Shown: in pieces, positions 30,253-40,392 of the stretch
Layout of the letters: each line of letters opens with the position of its first letter
Numbering within the stretch: the stretch's first letter is position 1
DNA from: Candidatus Lustribacter sp.
GTDB taxonomy: Bacteria > Vulcanimicrobiota > Vulcanimicrobiia > Vulcanimicrobiales > Vulcanimicrobiaceae
Direction: 5' to 3'
Assembly (NCBI GenBank): GCA_965277805.1
Contig: OZ255842.1
Coordinates: 1,536,001 to 1,600,000 of the forward strand
DNA length: 64,000 bases
Made by a program: the position numbers and the translations under genes
Notes under the pieces: generated by a model
Database searches by the model: none
Told to the model about the DNA's origin: nothing
Seen by the model: the letters and a program-made list of their open reading frames with translations, nothing else

Positions 30253-30711
30253 ATGAAGACGATCACTACCCTCGCCGCGACCCTCTCGGCAGCGCTCCTC
30301 ATCTCGGCAACGCCCGTTCTAGCAGCCGAGGCAACCACACCGCAAGCGGGCCCGATTCACATCGACGGCGTGCAGCTCTACGGTCAGAACATCGAGGACG
30401 AAGACAGCGACGGCGCCGTTCCCAACTCGGTGAAGATCGCGTTCACGAACACTAGCGCCTCGCCCGCCACCGACGTCGTATTCGCGCTGGAATCCAACGG
30501 TGTCGTGATCGGCGAAGTCGAGGATGCCGGTTCGTTCGCAAACGGCGTCACGGTCAGCCACACGTTCTTCGACGACGAGCTCTCCGACAGCCAGCAAGTC
30601 GCGGTCGAGAAGGCCACCTTCGCCGACGGTACCGTCTGGAACAGCGCCGATGTGCCGGCTTCACAGGGCACCGAAGAACGTAACGCCGTCAACGCGACGC
30701 CGGAGTTCTAA
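30253..30711 (+). CDS. Hypothetical acidic secreted protein
   Basis: Signal peptide MKTITTLAATLSAALLISATPVLA; beta-rich, ends FADGTVW. Confidence 0.65.
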   Translation: MKTITTLAATLSAALLISATPVLAAEATTPQAGPIHIDGVQLYGQNIEDEDSDGAVPNSVKIAFTNTSASPATDVVFALESNGVVIGEVEDAGSFANGVTVSHTFFDDELSDSQQVAVEKATFADGTVWNSADVPASQGTEERNAVNATPEF

Positions 30712-31922
30712 CCCTCGGTCACGGGCCGCAATTGAGCCGGCTCGAGCCGCCGCGCTACGACCAGATACGCAGCGGCCCCGATGAGCGGCATCACGCTCAC
30801 GTCGATGAGCGCCGTCTCGGGGCCGAAGCGCGTCACGGCAAAGCCGACCACGGTGACGAGGATCGAACCCACTCCGAACGCGACGCCGTTGATCAAGCCC
30901 AGCGCCATGCCGAGATTGCGCGGCAAAAGCGACTGCACGATCACGACGCCGGGTGCATTCTGCACCGCCAAAAGGATACTGCCGAGCAGCAGCAGCCCGA
31001 TCCCGAAGGCCGGCGGCGCGAAGAAAAACCCGAGCAAACACGGTACCGCCGCGACCAGCGCGACCACCGAAGCCGTAACCGAACCGAGGCGGTCGCCCAG
31101 ATAACCGCCGAGATACATGCCGATGATGCCGACCAGCAAAAACGCCGTGACGAGTTGACCCGCTTCAACGATCGAACCGCCGCGCGCCGCGAGCAAATTC
31201 GGAAGATAGGTCATGAATGCGGCCGTCGTCAGGAAGCGCGCGGCGGTGCTGCCGACGACCAGACCGATGCCGAGCCGGTCGATGCTTGCCGCCGATGTGG
31301 GTTCCAGCATGCGCTGCGTTTCGTGCGCCGGCTGAGCCGCCACGTGCGCGCGGCGAATGCCGGCGTACACGCACGCGACCGCGAGCAGTCCGAGCGGCAG
31401 CATCACGAGCGACGCCAGCGTGCCGAAACGCGCGAGCAGCGCCGCGATGGCGACCGGTCCGAACGCGAAGCCGAACGAACCGCCGATCTGAAATACCGAA
31501 ATGCCGCCGGACTTGCGCGACCCGCTCAGCAGCGCGGCATACTTGCCGGCTTCGGGATGCATCACGGCCGAACCAAGACCGCCGACGATCACGAGCAGCG
31601 AGAGCATCCACAGCGAACCCGCGAGCGACGCAAACGAGATCGACACCACAACCATCAACACGCCGGTCGGCATGAACCACCAGCGACCGTGCCGGTCGCT
31701 GTAGGCCCCGAAGAACGGCTGCACGATCGAACTGGTCAAATACCAGAGAAAACCCACCGCGCCTTGATACCAGGCCGAAAGCCCGGCGTTGGTCGCGACG
31801 AAAAAGATCGTGAGCGCGACGGTGCCGGAAAAGAAATCGTTGACCCCGTGCCCGAAGGCGATCGCGAGCAAGCCGCGCAGATTCCAATCGGTGCCTTTCG
31901 GCTTTGCGACCGCGTGTGCCAT
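30708..31922 (-). CDS. MFS transporter (Fsr/fosmidomycin-resistance-like)
   Basis: GHGVND, SSIVQP.FG.YSDR, GLGSAVMHPEA, FQIGG. Confidence 0.85.
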   Translation of the reverse strand: MAHAVAKPKGTDWNLRGLLAIAFGHGVNDFFSGTVALTIFFVATNAGLSAWYQGAVGFLWYLTSSIVQPFFGAYSDRHGRWWFMPTGVLMVVVSISFASLAGSLWMLSLLVIVGGLGSAVMHPEAGKYAALLSGSRKSGGISVFQIGGSFGFAFGPVAIAALLARFGTLASLVMLPLGLLAVACVYAGIRRAHVAAQPAHETQRMLEPTSAASIDRLGIGLVVGSTAARFLTTAAFMTYLPNLLAARGGSIVEAGQLVTAFLLVGIIGMYLGGYLGDRLGSVTASVVALVAAVPCLLGFFFAPPAFGIGLLLLGSILLAVQNAPGVVIVQSLLPRNLGMALGLINGVAFGVGSILVTVVGFAVTRFGPETALIDVSVMPLIGAAAYLVVARRLEPAQLRPVTEG

Positions 31923-31984
31923 CAAGCGCTCTTCGGCGCCGCGCAGGACGGATTCCCCGTCGGCGGCCGCCAACCGTACGGTTC

Positions 31985-32938
31985 GTGCGATACATCTTCT
32001 ATGGTGCCGGCGCGATCGGTGCCACGCTCGGCGCGCGGCTGTTCGAAATCGGCCGCGACGTCATGCTGATCGCCCGCGGCGAGCACGGACGGATCCTGGC
32101 CGAACGCGGCCTGCGTTTCGGAACGCCGGAGGGCTGGCGCACGCTGCGCATCCCGGTCGTCGCGCATCCCGACGCGCTGACCCTCGGCGACGGCGACATC
32201 GTCGTGCTCACGATGAAGAGCCAGGACACGTCCGCGGCGCTGGACGCGCTCGTCGAGCGCACGCCGCGCGACATCGCGATCGTGTGCGCGCAGAACGGTG
32301 TCGAAAACGAACGGCGCGCGCTGCGGCGCTTCGCCAACACGCACGGCATGTGCGTGATGATGGCGGGCGTATTCACCGAACCGGGCGTCGTGCATCAGCA
32401 CAACCCGCCGCACGGCGCGCACTGCGACATCGGCCGCGTGCCGCACGGCACCGACGCGATCGACAAACTGGTAGCCGCGGATCTCGAAGCCGCCGGCGTG
32501 CGCAGCAGCGCCGCGGCCGACGTCATGGGCCTCAAGTATGCGAAGCTGCTCTCGAACGTGCTCAACGTGCTCGAAGCAGCCTGCGGCGCCGTGAGTTACG
32601 GCAGCGATCTCGGCAACCGTGCCCGCACCGAAGCCGAAGCGGTGTTTTCCGCCGCCGGCATCACGCTCGGCAGCGGTCCGGAAAGCCCGCGCATCGCAAT
32701 GCGCTTCGGTGAGGTCGAGGGCACGACGCGTCCCGGCGGCTCGACGCTGCAGAGCCTCGTGCGCGGCGCCGCAACGCTCGAAGGCGACGATCTCAACGGC
32801 GAGATCGTGCTGCTCGGGCGCCTGCACGGCATCGCAACACCGGTGAACGCGATGTTGCAACGCCTTGCGCGCCGGCTCGTCTCCGAGCGCATTCCACCCG
32901 GCTCACTGCCGCTCGCCAAGGTGGAAACGCTCGTCTAA
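31985..32938 (+). CDS. Ketopantoate reductase (PanE/ApbA) family protein
   Basis: YGAGAIG, MKSQD, QNGVENE, KYAKLL.N, STLQS. Confidence 0.85.
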   Translation: MRYIFYGAGAIGATLGARLFEIGRDVMLIARGEHGRILAERGLRFGTPEGWRTLRIPVVAHPDALTLGDGDIVVLTMKSQDTSAALDALVERTPRDIAIVCAQNGVENERRALRRFANTHGMCVMMAGVFTEPGVVHQHNPPHGAHCDIGRVPHGTDAIDKLVAADLEAAGVRSSAAADVMGLKYAKLLSNVLNVLEAACGAVSYGSDLGNRARTEAEAVFSAAGITLGSGPESPRIAMRFGEVEGTTRPGGSTLQSLVRGAATLEGDDLNGEIVLLGRLHGIATPVNAMLQRLARRLVSERIPPGSLPLAKVETLV

Positions 32939-32941
32939 GAC

Positions 32942-34711
32942 TTAGTCGTGGCGGCGGTCGTCGCTGCCGCGGGTCGCACGTGCTTGCGGATGTGCGACCG
33001 GAGCGGCGTGACTGTAGGACGGCGCGCCGGTCCGGTTATACGTTGGAGCCGCGGGATGCGTGTATGCCGGTGCGGTCTGCCGATCGTAATGCGGCTGCAC
33101 GTAACCCGGCGCTGCTTGCCGGTTATACTGCGGCTGCGCATATGCCGGCGCCGCTTGCCGATTGTACTGCGGCTGCGCGTACGGCGGTGCAGCCGGACGT
33201 GCATACGGCGGAACGTTGCCGTAGGACGGCGCGGCCGCGGCACCCGGCAGTTGCGGATGATATGCCACGTGCGTCGCGCGTGCGACCGACGCTTGCTGCG
33301 TTGTGAACGGCGTGCGCGCTGCGAAGCTTCCCGGCGTTCCGGCGAATCCGCGGGTGCTGAACTGCGGACGCACCGCGAGCGACGGCGCGACCGAGCGCTG
33401 CGTGAAGCGCAGGTTTGCTTGACTCGGAACGATCGGCAGTGCGCCGCGCAGCGGCACCGTTTGGATCCCACGCAATTGCGCCGTCGACACGACGGTCGGA
33501 TTGCCGAAGCGGCCGTTCTGGAAGTTCTCACGCGTGACCGCCGTGAACGCGCCGTTCACGGCAATGTTGCGGTAGTGCACGTCGGTGCTCACGATTGCGG
33601 TAGCGTGCGGCCCCCACCACGGGTGGAACGTTTCATACGGTGCGAGCGGCACCCAGCCGATGTTGCCGAAGCCGACGCCCACACTCACCGCGCCGATGTT
33701 GAAGCCGACGAAACCGACCAATGCGGGACTCCACGCCGGCGCGCGGCGTCCGGGAGCCGGCGGATACCACGCCCACTGATGGTGCGCCGTGCTGAAATAC
33801 CAGCGGCCATAGTGATACGGTGCCCAGCCCCACGGTTCGGCGGCGACCCAGGTCCAGCCGTAGCCCTCTTCCCATACCCAGTTGCCGTTGCGATACGGCG
33901 CCCAGCCGGCCGCGACGTTGGTTGGAATCCAAACGTTGCCGTAGGTTCCGTCGTCGACCCATTGTCCGTTAGCGGCGAGGTCGCCGACGCCCTGAATGCT
34001 CGTGTCGACGTACTGCCCTTCGCTCGAAGCCGCGAGATAGATATGGTCGCGGTCGCCGTTGTACGAATCGAAATCGTCGAGCGCGATCGCGCCTTGCATT
34101 TGTACTTGCGGATTTGCCGCCGGACCGTCGGCGATCAGCGTAGAGCCCGGCCCCAACGGCTGACTGCCTTGCGGCGTCACGATGTCGGCGCGACCGGCGC
34201 GCACGGTAACGGCGGTTTCGCCGTTCCCATCGACCGAGACGCGAAAGCTGCCGGCGGTGCGCGGGATGACCGAGATCGACGGCGTGTCGATCGCCGATTG
34301 ACCGTCGGTATCACCGAACAGGCGCAACTCGATCGTCCCCGCAGCAAGCTGGATCTGACGATTCGCCGAATCGACGTTGACGAAACGGATCTGCACGTTT
34401 TGGCCGAGCCGCACGGCCGAACGCCCGTCGAAGCCGACCTCGGCGCGGCCGTCCTGCCCCGTCGTTACGTAATCCGCGCCGAGCACCGGCGCATTGAGAA
34501 CTGCGGCGAGCGCCGAGCTGTCGTCGCCGCGCTGAATTGCAACGTCGCCGGAAAGGGCATCGATGCGCGCGACCGGCCCCGGAGCAGCTTGCGCGAAGTC
34601 GTCATCTTGTGCAAACGCCGCCGGCGCGAACGCCGGCGGCATCATGAGGGAGAAAGCCACCGCGATGACGAGCGGCAACGCCCGGCGCCGCCCGGATAAT
34701 GATGATTGCAT
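32942..34711 (-). CDS. Secreted FecR-domain / DUF6600-like protein with Pro/Tyr/Gln-rich tail
   Basis: TGQDGRAEV FecR-like start; W.PY..G.W..GWTWV..EPWGWAPYHYGRW; GGAGG RBS. Confidence 0.8.
   Translation of the reverse strand: MQSSLSGRRRALPLVIAVAFSLMMPPAFAPAAFAQDDDFAQAAPGPVARIDALSGDVAIQRGDDSSALAAVLNAPVLGADYVTTGQDGRAEVGFDGRSAVRLGQNVQIRFVNVDSANRQIQLAAGTIELRLFGDTDGQSAIDTPSISVIPRTAGSFRVSVDGNGETAVTVRAGRADIVTPQGSQPLGPGSTLIADGPAANPQVQMQGAIALDDFDSYNGDRDHIYLAASSEGQYVDTSIQGVGDLAANGQWVDDGTYGNVWIPTNVAAGWAPYRNGNWVWEEGYGWTWVAAEPWGWAPYHYGRWYFSTAHHQWAWYPPAPGRRAPAWSPALVGFVGFNIGAVSVGVGFGNIGWVPLAPYETFHPWWGPHATAIVSTDVHYRNIAVNGAFTAVTRENFQNGRFGNPTVVSTAQLRGIQTVPLRGALPIVPSQANLRFTQRSVAPSLAVRPQFSTRGFAGTPGSFAARTPFTTQQASVARATHVAYHPQLPGAAAAPSYGNVPPYARPAAPPYAQPQYNRQAAPAYAQPQYNRQAAPGYVQPHYDRQTAPAYTHPAAPTYNRTGAPSYSHAAPVAHPQARATRGSDDRRHD
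33063..33186 (-). repeat. Degenerate 39-bp (13-aa) intragenic tandem repeat, about 3 copies
   Basis: GCGGCTGC recurs at 33091, 33130 and 33169; protein unit YAQPQYNRQAAPA. Confidence 0.8.
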
Positions 34712-34740
34712 TGAGGGCCTCCGATCGATGTGTACCCTGG

Positions 34741-34767
34741 AACGGCTGCTTCCCTCGTGGGAGTTCC
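34741..34767 (-). promoter_or_regulatory. Putative ECF-sigma promoter GGAACT-N17-CGTT
   Basis: Matches the ECF consensus; ends 29 nt upstream of ATG 34711. Confidence 0.5.
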
Positions 34768-34912
34768 GCGGCCGGCCCGGCGCCGGCGTAAGCTTAATCC
34801 GAGTCCAATCTCCGCGGCTCATGGCGGCAGCGTGGCCGCCGATACGTTCTACATACAACTGCACGGACGCATGGCGCGGCCGCACGCTTCACTTGGTAAG
34901 GGGACGATCGTT

Positions 34913-35551
34913 GTGAAGGTTCGCTTGGCACTCATAATTGCCGCCTTTTCTGCAATGCTCGCGCCGGCGATGGCGCAAGACACGCAGGGCCTCGCGCCGG
35001 CGGATGAATACTTCGGCCACTATAGACTCAGCGTGCTCGGGATCGCCAATACGATTCGCGACGCCGGCGCGCGCATCGACGCGGGCACGGCGCCGGGCTC
35101 GATGCTGACCGGTCCGCTCGGCTTTGTCACCGATGCGATCAAGGATTGGGAAAGCCAGTACCCCGCCGACCCGTGGATCTCAAAAGATCTGCTCGCGCTC
35201 GAAACGGTGTATCTGCGCGTGCCGACCGACGAAGGCTTCCGGCTCGCATCGCAAACGGAATCGTGGCTCGTCGCCGACTATCCGAACACGGACAGCGCCG
35301 CGAACGGCCGCAGCGAGTTGGCTGCCAATCGGATTCCCTATATGCCGCAGCAGATTCCGCAAGTCGCGCAAGCGCCCGCACCGGCTCCCGCGCCGCAGCA
35401 ATACTACACGCCGCTGCCGCCGGTCGCGTACGCTCCGCCGCCGCAACCCGCAATCCCATCCTACGCAATTCCGTGGCAACGCTTTGCCGCGATGCGCGCA
35501 CCGCTTCCGCCGCCACCGGTGCGCTATTATCGGTACGGATACGGTTACTAA
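34913..35551 (+). CDS. Hypothetical secreted protein with Pro/Tyr-rich C-terminus
   Basis: Signal peptide, APADEYFG..LSVLGI domain, low-complexity tail. Confidence 0.65.
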   Translation: MKVRLALIIAAFSAMLAPAMAQDTQGLAPADEYFGHYRLSVLGIANTIRDAGARIDAGTAPGSMLTGPLGFVTDAIKDWESQYPADPWISKDLLALETVYLRVPTDEGFRLASQTESWLVADYPNTDSAANGRSELAANRIPYMPQQIPQVAQAPAPAPAPQQYYTPLPPVAYAPPPQPAIPSYAIPWQRFAAMRAPLPPPPVRYYRYGYGY

Positions 35552-35578
35552 AATCGCGCGGGCGGGTATGACGGTGAA

Positions 35579-36097
35579 GTGATACGCGCCCTCGTCGTTC
35601 TCGTTGGTCTGCTGGCAGGCGTCCTGGCGTTTGCAGCGGGCGGCGCACAAGCGGCCGGTCCCTCGCAAGCGCTCGGCGTCACGCTGCACCACAATCGTGC
35701 GGCGACCGAGCGCTTACCGCAATATCTTTCGGCCGCCCCGATTGCGGTCAACGTCAAAGGCCGCTACGCCGGCCGGCTGCAATCGCTAACGGTTACCGCA
35801 ACCGGACCGAGCGGCGAGGCGGTCAGCACGCCGCTCGCGCGCACCGGCAATACATTCAGCGGCAATTTGCACTTGGGCGCTCCGGGAACGTGGACGGTCG
35901 CGTTTTCAACGCAACTCGGTTCCGTCAGCGCCGCGCTGGCCAACGTGCCGCTCGATGTCGTCGATGAAGATGCCGCCGATCTCGCTGCGCGCTTTGCGTT
36001 CGCGCTCTCGGCGTTGTCGATCGTGGCCGGTTTGGCACTGGTCGTGCGCATGAACGGCCGCCCGCTCGTGCTCGCGGTCGCTAAGAAACGTAGCTGA
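35579..36097 (+). CDS. Hypothetical exported protein with C-terminal TM helix
   Basis: Signal peptide, Ig-like beta segment (APGTWTV), hydrophobic C-terminus plus KKRS. Confidence 0.6.
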   Translation: MIRALVVLVGLLAGVLAFAAGGAQAAGPSQALGVTLHHNRAATERLPQYLSAAPIAVNVKGRYAGRLQSLTVTATGPSGEAVSTPLARTGNTFSGNLHLGAPGTWTVAFSTQLGSVSAALANVPLDVVDEDAADLAARFAFALSALSIVAGLALVVRMNGRPLVLAVAKKRS

Positions 36098-36500
36098 CGT
36101 TGACGCTGTAGCCGCCCGCTTCGGCGCGGTGCAGCACGTTCAAAACCGAATCGATGTCGGAGTCGACGTCGATCATCTCGCCCGCGCTGATGCCGACGGG
36201 TCCCGCGTTCGCCCACAACAAACGGCGCGCGGTTTGGAACGCGGCACGTAACCGCTGCGGCGTTGCTTCGAGTACCGGCCAGTCGTCGTACGATGCCGCC
36301 GGAACGATGCGCCAGCCGTCACCCGAACATTCGACCTCATCGGCGTAGGCATGCGGAACGTTGGCCAAAACGTCGAGATTGGCCCGATCTTGGATGGTCG
36401 TCGCGACGTCGGCTTCGGCGAGCCGGATGACGTAGCGATAAAACGATGAATTTGCGACGGAGCACATCCCGGCGGGGGAACCGACGCTAACGCTAACCAT
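36081..36500 (-). CDS. Hypothetical cytoplasmic protein
   Basis: Protein-like composition; directly downstream of thrB. Confidence 0.55.
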   Translation of the reverse strand: MVSVSVGSPAGMCSVANSSFYRYVIRLAEADVATTIQDRANLDVLANVPHAYADEVECSGDGWRIVPAASYDDWPVLEATPQRLRAAFQTARRLLWANAGPVGISAGEMIDVDSDIDSVLNVLHRAEAGGYSVNVSYVS

Positions 36501-36530
36501 TGGCCAACGGCCTTCGCGCGCCGGCAAAAC

Positions 36531-37430
36531 TCACCCCTCTCGGACGATGCCGTGGGCCGAGATCGCCAGCTCGAGCACGCGCGACGCCACGCCGTGCTTG
36601 GCGAAGATCGCCTGCATCCGCTCGCCCGCATCGCAGCCCGGGCGCACCAGCGCGATCACGGACGGCCCGGCACCCGAGAGCGCCACACCGAGCAAGCCCG
36701 GCGCGTCGAGCGCGAGCATCTCCGGCAATCCCGGCACGAACGACGCCCGGAACGGCTGGTGCAGCCGGTCGTGCATGGCGGTCCGCAAGAGATCGATTTG
36801 ACCGCTTGCTAGAGCGGCGGCAAGCAGCGCGGCATGTCCTACGTTATAAACGGCGTCGCGGCGCGGGTAGGCGTCGGGCAAGATCGCTCGCGCTTCACGC
36901 GTCGGCATCGAAAAATCGGGCACGACGACTTGCGCGCTCAGCTCGGCCGGCGCATCGAACCGTGCGTACACGACGTCTTCGCCTTCGGAAACGGCGACCA
37001 CGATACCGCCGACGATCGCCGGCACGCCGTTGTCCGGATGGCCTTCGAGCACCGTGATCGTGCGCGTGAGCTCATCGATCGTCGGCTCGGGGTCGCGCAG
37101 TGCCGCCGCGATCGCCAAACCGAGCGCCGCGCCGGCCGCGCTTCCGCCGAGCCCGCGTCCGAGCGGGACCGGATTTTCCACGCTGATCGCAAGCGGCGGC
37201 GGCGTTTGACCGACGCTCGCATAGAGCGTGCGCATCGCGCGCAGCATCTCATCGCGTAAACCGCCGTGCGTCGGCGCTTCGGAGCCGCTGAAGTCCCACG
37301 CCGGTTCGCTGCCCGGGTCCAGCACGCGCACGTCGGCGCGAATGCGGAGTTCGAGCGCAAGACCGATCGTGTCGAAACCGGGACCGAGGTTGGCGCTCGT
37401 CGCGGGAACGCTGACGGCGAACCGCTTCAC
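36531..37430 (-). CDS. thrB: Homoserine kinase
   Basis: VPATSANLGPGFD, PLGRGLGGSAA, EGHPDN, LSGAGPS. Confidence 0.95.
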   Translation of the reverse strand: MKRFAVSVPATSANLGPGFDTIGLALELRIRADVRVLDPGSEPAWDFSGSEAPTHGGLRDEMLRAMRTLYASVGQTPPPLAISVENPVPLGRGLGGSAAGAALGLAIAAALRDPEPTIDELTRTITVLEGHPDNGVPAIVGGIVVAVSEGEDVVYARFDAPAELSAQVVVPDFSMPTREARAILPDAYPRRDAVYNVGHAALLAAALASGQIDLLRTAMHDRLHQPFRASFVPGLPEMLALDAPGLLGVALSGAGPSVIALVRPGCDAGERMQAIFAKHGVASRVLELAISAHGIVREG

Positions 37431-38674
37431 GCGGGGGCGTTGAGGCGGTCGATGACCTCGGCGGGATCGACGCCGCGCAAGATACGGTTCGCGAACGGCG
37501 CCGCGCTCTCATGATAGTTGGCAGCATACGCGCCGTCTTTGAGCACGTGCCCGGTAAGGATCAGCACGATGTCGTCGCCCGCGCCGATCGTACCGTCGCC
37601 GGCGAGTTGACGCAGGCCGGCCAGCGTTGCCGCCGAGGCAGGTTCGCTGCCGATGCCGTCGCGGCCGACGATCGCGCGCGCATCGGCGATCGCGTCGTCG
37701 TCGACGTGCAGCACCGTGCCGCGCGAAGCGGCAACTTCGGCACGGGCCTTCTTCCACGATGCCGGAGCTCCGATCTTGATCGCGGTCGCGGTCGTATCGG
37801 CGTGCACGGGAATGAGATCGGCTTTGTCGCGGAACGCCCGCGCGAACGGCGCCGCGCCGGAGGCTTGCACCACGGCGAGACGCGGCAGGCGATCGATCCA
37901 GCCCAATGCCAGTGCTTCGCGAAAGCCTTTGCCGAGCGCGCTCGTGTTACCGAGGTTGCCGCCCGGCAAGACGATCCAATCGGGCACGCGCCAGCCGCGC
38001 TGTTCGAGCAGCACGAACGCGGCGGTCTTCTGGCCTTCGATGCGATAGGGGTTGACGGAATTCACGATTGCAACGCGCTGCGGATCCATCGCGCGCACTG
38101 TCACGAGCGCGGCGTCGAAATCGCCATCGATGGCGACGACGGTCGCGCCGTAATCGAGCGTTTGCGCGACCTTCGCTTCGCTGATCCCGGTCGACGGCAC
38201 CAGCACGACGGCGTGGATGCCCGCACGGGCCGCATACGCGGAGAGCGACGCCGACGTGTTGCCCGTGCTGGCGCAGATCGCAACGCGCGCGCCGGTCGCC
38301 GCGGCGCGCGAAATCGCCACCGTCATACCGGCGTCTTTGAACGAGGCGGTGGGATTCATGCCGAGGTGCAGACACGAGAGGTGTTGCACGCCCGCGTATG
38401 CGGCGCTGCGCGGCGCATCGTAGACCGGCACGTCGCCTTCGCGCAGCGTCACGATCGAATCGAACGGAATCGGCGGCAGCAGATCGCGATATCGCCACAC
38501 GCCGCTGCGGTCGCGCAGATCGTTGGAGTTGCGGCGCGCCGCGATGCGGTCGCGATCGGGCGCCGTGCCCGAAGCCGCGGCAAACGTCTCGAACGCCAGC
38601 AACCCTTCGCACGACGCGCAGAACATCGCGTCGGGCGCGGCGGCGCGGCCGCATTCGCTACAAACGAGGTTCAC
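37427..38674 (-). CDS. thrC: Threonine synthase
   Basis: [11 protein letters not shown] lysine, [17 protein letters not shown]; coupled to thrB. Confidence 0.92.
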   Translation of the reverse strand: MNLVCSECGRAAAPDAMFCASCEGLLAFETFAAASGTAPDRDRIAARRNSNDLRDRSGVWRYRDLLPPIPFDSIVTLREGDVPVYDAPRSAAYAGVQHLSCLHLGMNPTASFKDAGMTVAISRAAATGARVAICASTGNTSASLSAYAARAGIHAVVLVPSTGISEAKVAQTLDYGATVVAIDGDFDAALVTVRAMDPQRVAIVNSVNPYRIEGQKTAAFVLLEQRGWRVPDWIVLPGGNLGNTSALGKGFREALALGWIDRLPRLAVVQASGAAPFARAFRDKADLIPVHADTTATAIKIGAPASWKKARAEVAASRGTVLHVDDDAIADARAIVGRDGIGSEPASAATLAGLRQLAGDGTIGAGDDIVLILTGHVLKDGAYAANYHESAAPFANRILRGVDPAEVIDRLNAPA

Positions 38675-40356
38675 GCGGTCGTAACTGCCCCTTCCGCCGC
38701 CGAGCCCACCAGGCGCGCGTACTTTGCCATCACGCTGCTGTTCCCGTAACGCGGTGCAGGCTGCTTGACGGTTGCGAGCCGCTGCTGCATCTCGGCATCG
38801 GAGATGTCGAGGGTCAGTTTGCGGTTGTCGATGTCGATCGTGATCGTATCGCCGTCGCGTACGGCAGCGATCGGACCGCCCACGTAGGCTTCGGGCGCGA
38901 CGTGGCCGATCATCAGCCCGCGCGTTGCGCCGCTAAAGCGGCCGTCGGTGATGAGCGCGACCGTTTCGCCGAGGCCTTGGCCGACGATGGCGGCCGTGAC
39001 GCCGAGCATCTCGCGCATACCCGGACCACCCTTCGGTCCTTCGTAGCGAATGACCACGACGTCGCCGTCCACGATCTCGCGCTTGTCGACCGCGTGCATC
39101 GCGTCTTCTTCGCGTTCGAATACGCGCGCGCGCCCCGTGTGCAGCGAACGTTCGTGCCCCGCCACTTTGACGACCGAACCGTCCGGGGAAAGATTGCCGC
39201 GCAGGATCACGATGCCGCCGGTCTTCTTGAACGGGTGTTCGGCCGTTGCGATGACCTTCTGCCCCGGTGTTTCTTTGATGTTCGCGGTTTCTTCGGCCAG
39301 CGTACGGCCGGTGGGCGTCAAGGTCGAGCCGTTCACGAGTCCGCCGGCGATCATGCGTTGCGCGATCAGGCCGATACCGCCGGCTTGGTCGACGTCGAGC
39401 GCGACGTATTGTCCGCCGGGCCGCAAGTCGGCGACGATCGGCGTGCGTTCGCTGATGCGATCGAAGTCATCGATCGTCAGCGGTACGCCGGCTTCGCGCG
39501 CCATCGCAAGCAGATGCAAGACGCTGTTGGTCGAGCCGCCGGTTCCGGCGGCCGCCGCAATCGCGTTGTCGAACGCATCGCGCGTGCAGATGTCGCGCGG
39601 TTTCAAATTCCGGCGCAACAGTTCCATTACGATCTGCCCGGCGCGATACGCTTCTTTTTCCTTGCGCGCGTCGGTTGCGCCGGGACTCGCGCTGCCGACC
39701 GGCGAGAGCCCGATGAACTCGAGCACGCCGGCCATCGTATTGGCGGTAAACTGACCGCCGCACGCGCCGGCGCCGGGGCAGGCAAAGTTTTCGATCTGCA
39801 ACAGTTCGTGATCGTCGATCTTGCCGGCGGCGTGCGCGCCGACCGCTTCGAACACGTCGCCGATCGTCAGATCGCGGCCCTTATACTTGCCGGGCGCAAT
39901 CGAACCGCCGTAGAGCGCGAGCCCCGGAATGTTCAAGCGCAACAGCGCCATGCCGGCGGCCGGAATCGTCTTATCGCACGCGACCAGGCACACCACGGCG
40001 TCGAAGCCGTAACCGCGCGCGACCAGCTCGATCGAATCGGCGATCACTTCGCGGCTGATCAGCGAGGTTTTCATCCCCTCGGTGCCCATCGAGATCCCGT
40101 CGCTGATCGCGATCGTGTTGAACTCGAGCGGCGTTCCGCCGGCCGCCCGAACGCCCGCGCGCACGTGGTCGGCCAGACCGCGCAGGTTGAAATTGCACGG
40201 CATCGCGTCGGTCCACGTATTGGCGATGAGGACCAGCGGTTTTTTGAGATCTTCGTCGGTCAAACCGACGGCTTTGAAGTACGAGCGTGCTGCGGCCCGA
40301 TCGCGTCCATCGACGACGACCGAACTTCGCGCGCGCATCGCGTCTGAAACGGACAT
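38671..40356 (-). CDS. ilvD: Dihydroxy-acid dehydratase
   Basis: [45 protein letters not shown]. Confidence 0.95.
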   Translation of the reverse strand: MSVSDAMRARSSVVVDGRDRAAARSYFKAVGLTDEDLKKPLVLIANTWTDAMPCNFNLRGLADHVRAGVRAAGGTPLEFNTIAISDGISMGTEGMKTSLISREVIADSIELVARGYGFDAVVCLVACDKTIPAAGMALLRLNIPGLALYGGSIAPGKYKGRDLTIGDVFEAVGAHAAGKIDDHELLQIENFACPGAGACGGQFTANTMAGVLEFIGLSPVGSASPGATDARKEKEAYRAGQIVMELLRRNLKPRDICTRDAFDNAIAAAAGTGGSTNSVLHLLAMAREAGVPLTIDDFDRISERTPIVADLRPGGQYVALDVDQAGGIGLIAQRMIAGGLVNGSTLTPTGRTLAEETANIKETPGQKVIATAEHPFKKTGGIVILRGNLSPDGSVVKVAGHERSLHTGRARVFEREEDAMHAVDKREIVDGDVVVIRYEGPKGGPGMREMLGVTAAIVGQGLGETVALITDGRFSGATRGLMIGHVAPEAYVGGPIAAVRDGDTITIDIDNRKLTLDISDAEMQQRLATVKQPAPRYGNSSVMAKYARLVGSAAEGAVTTA

Positions 40357-40392
40357 GGGGAGCCTCTTCTTCATGCCGAACAGGATTGCATC

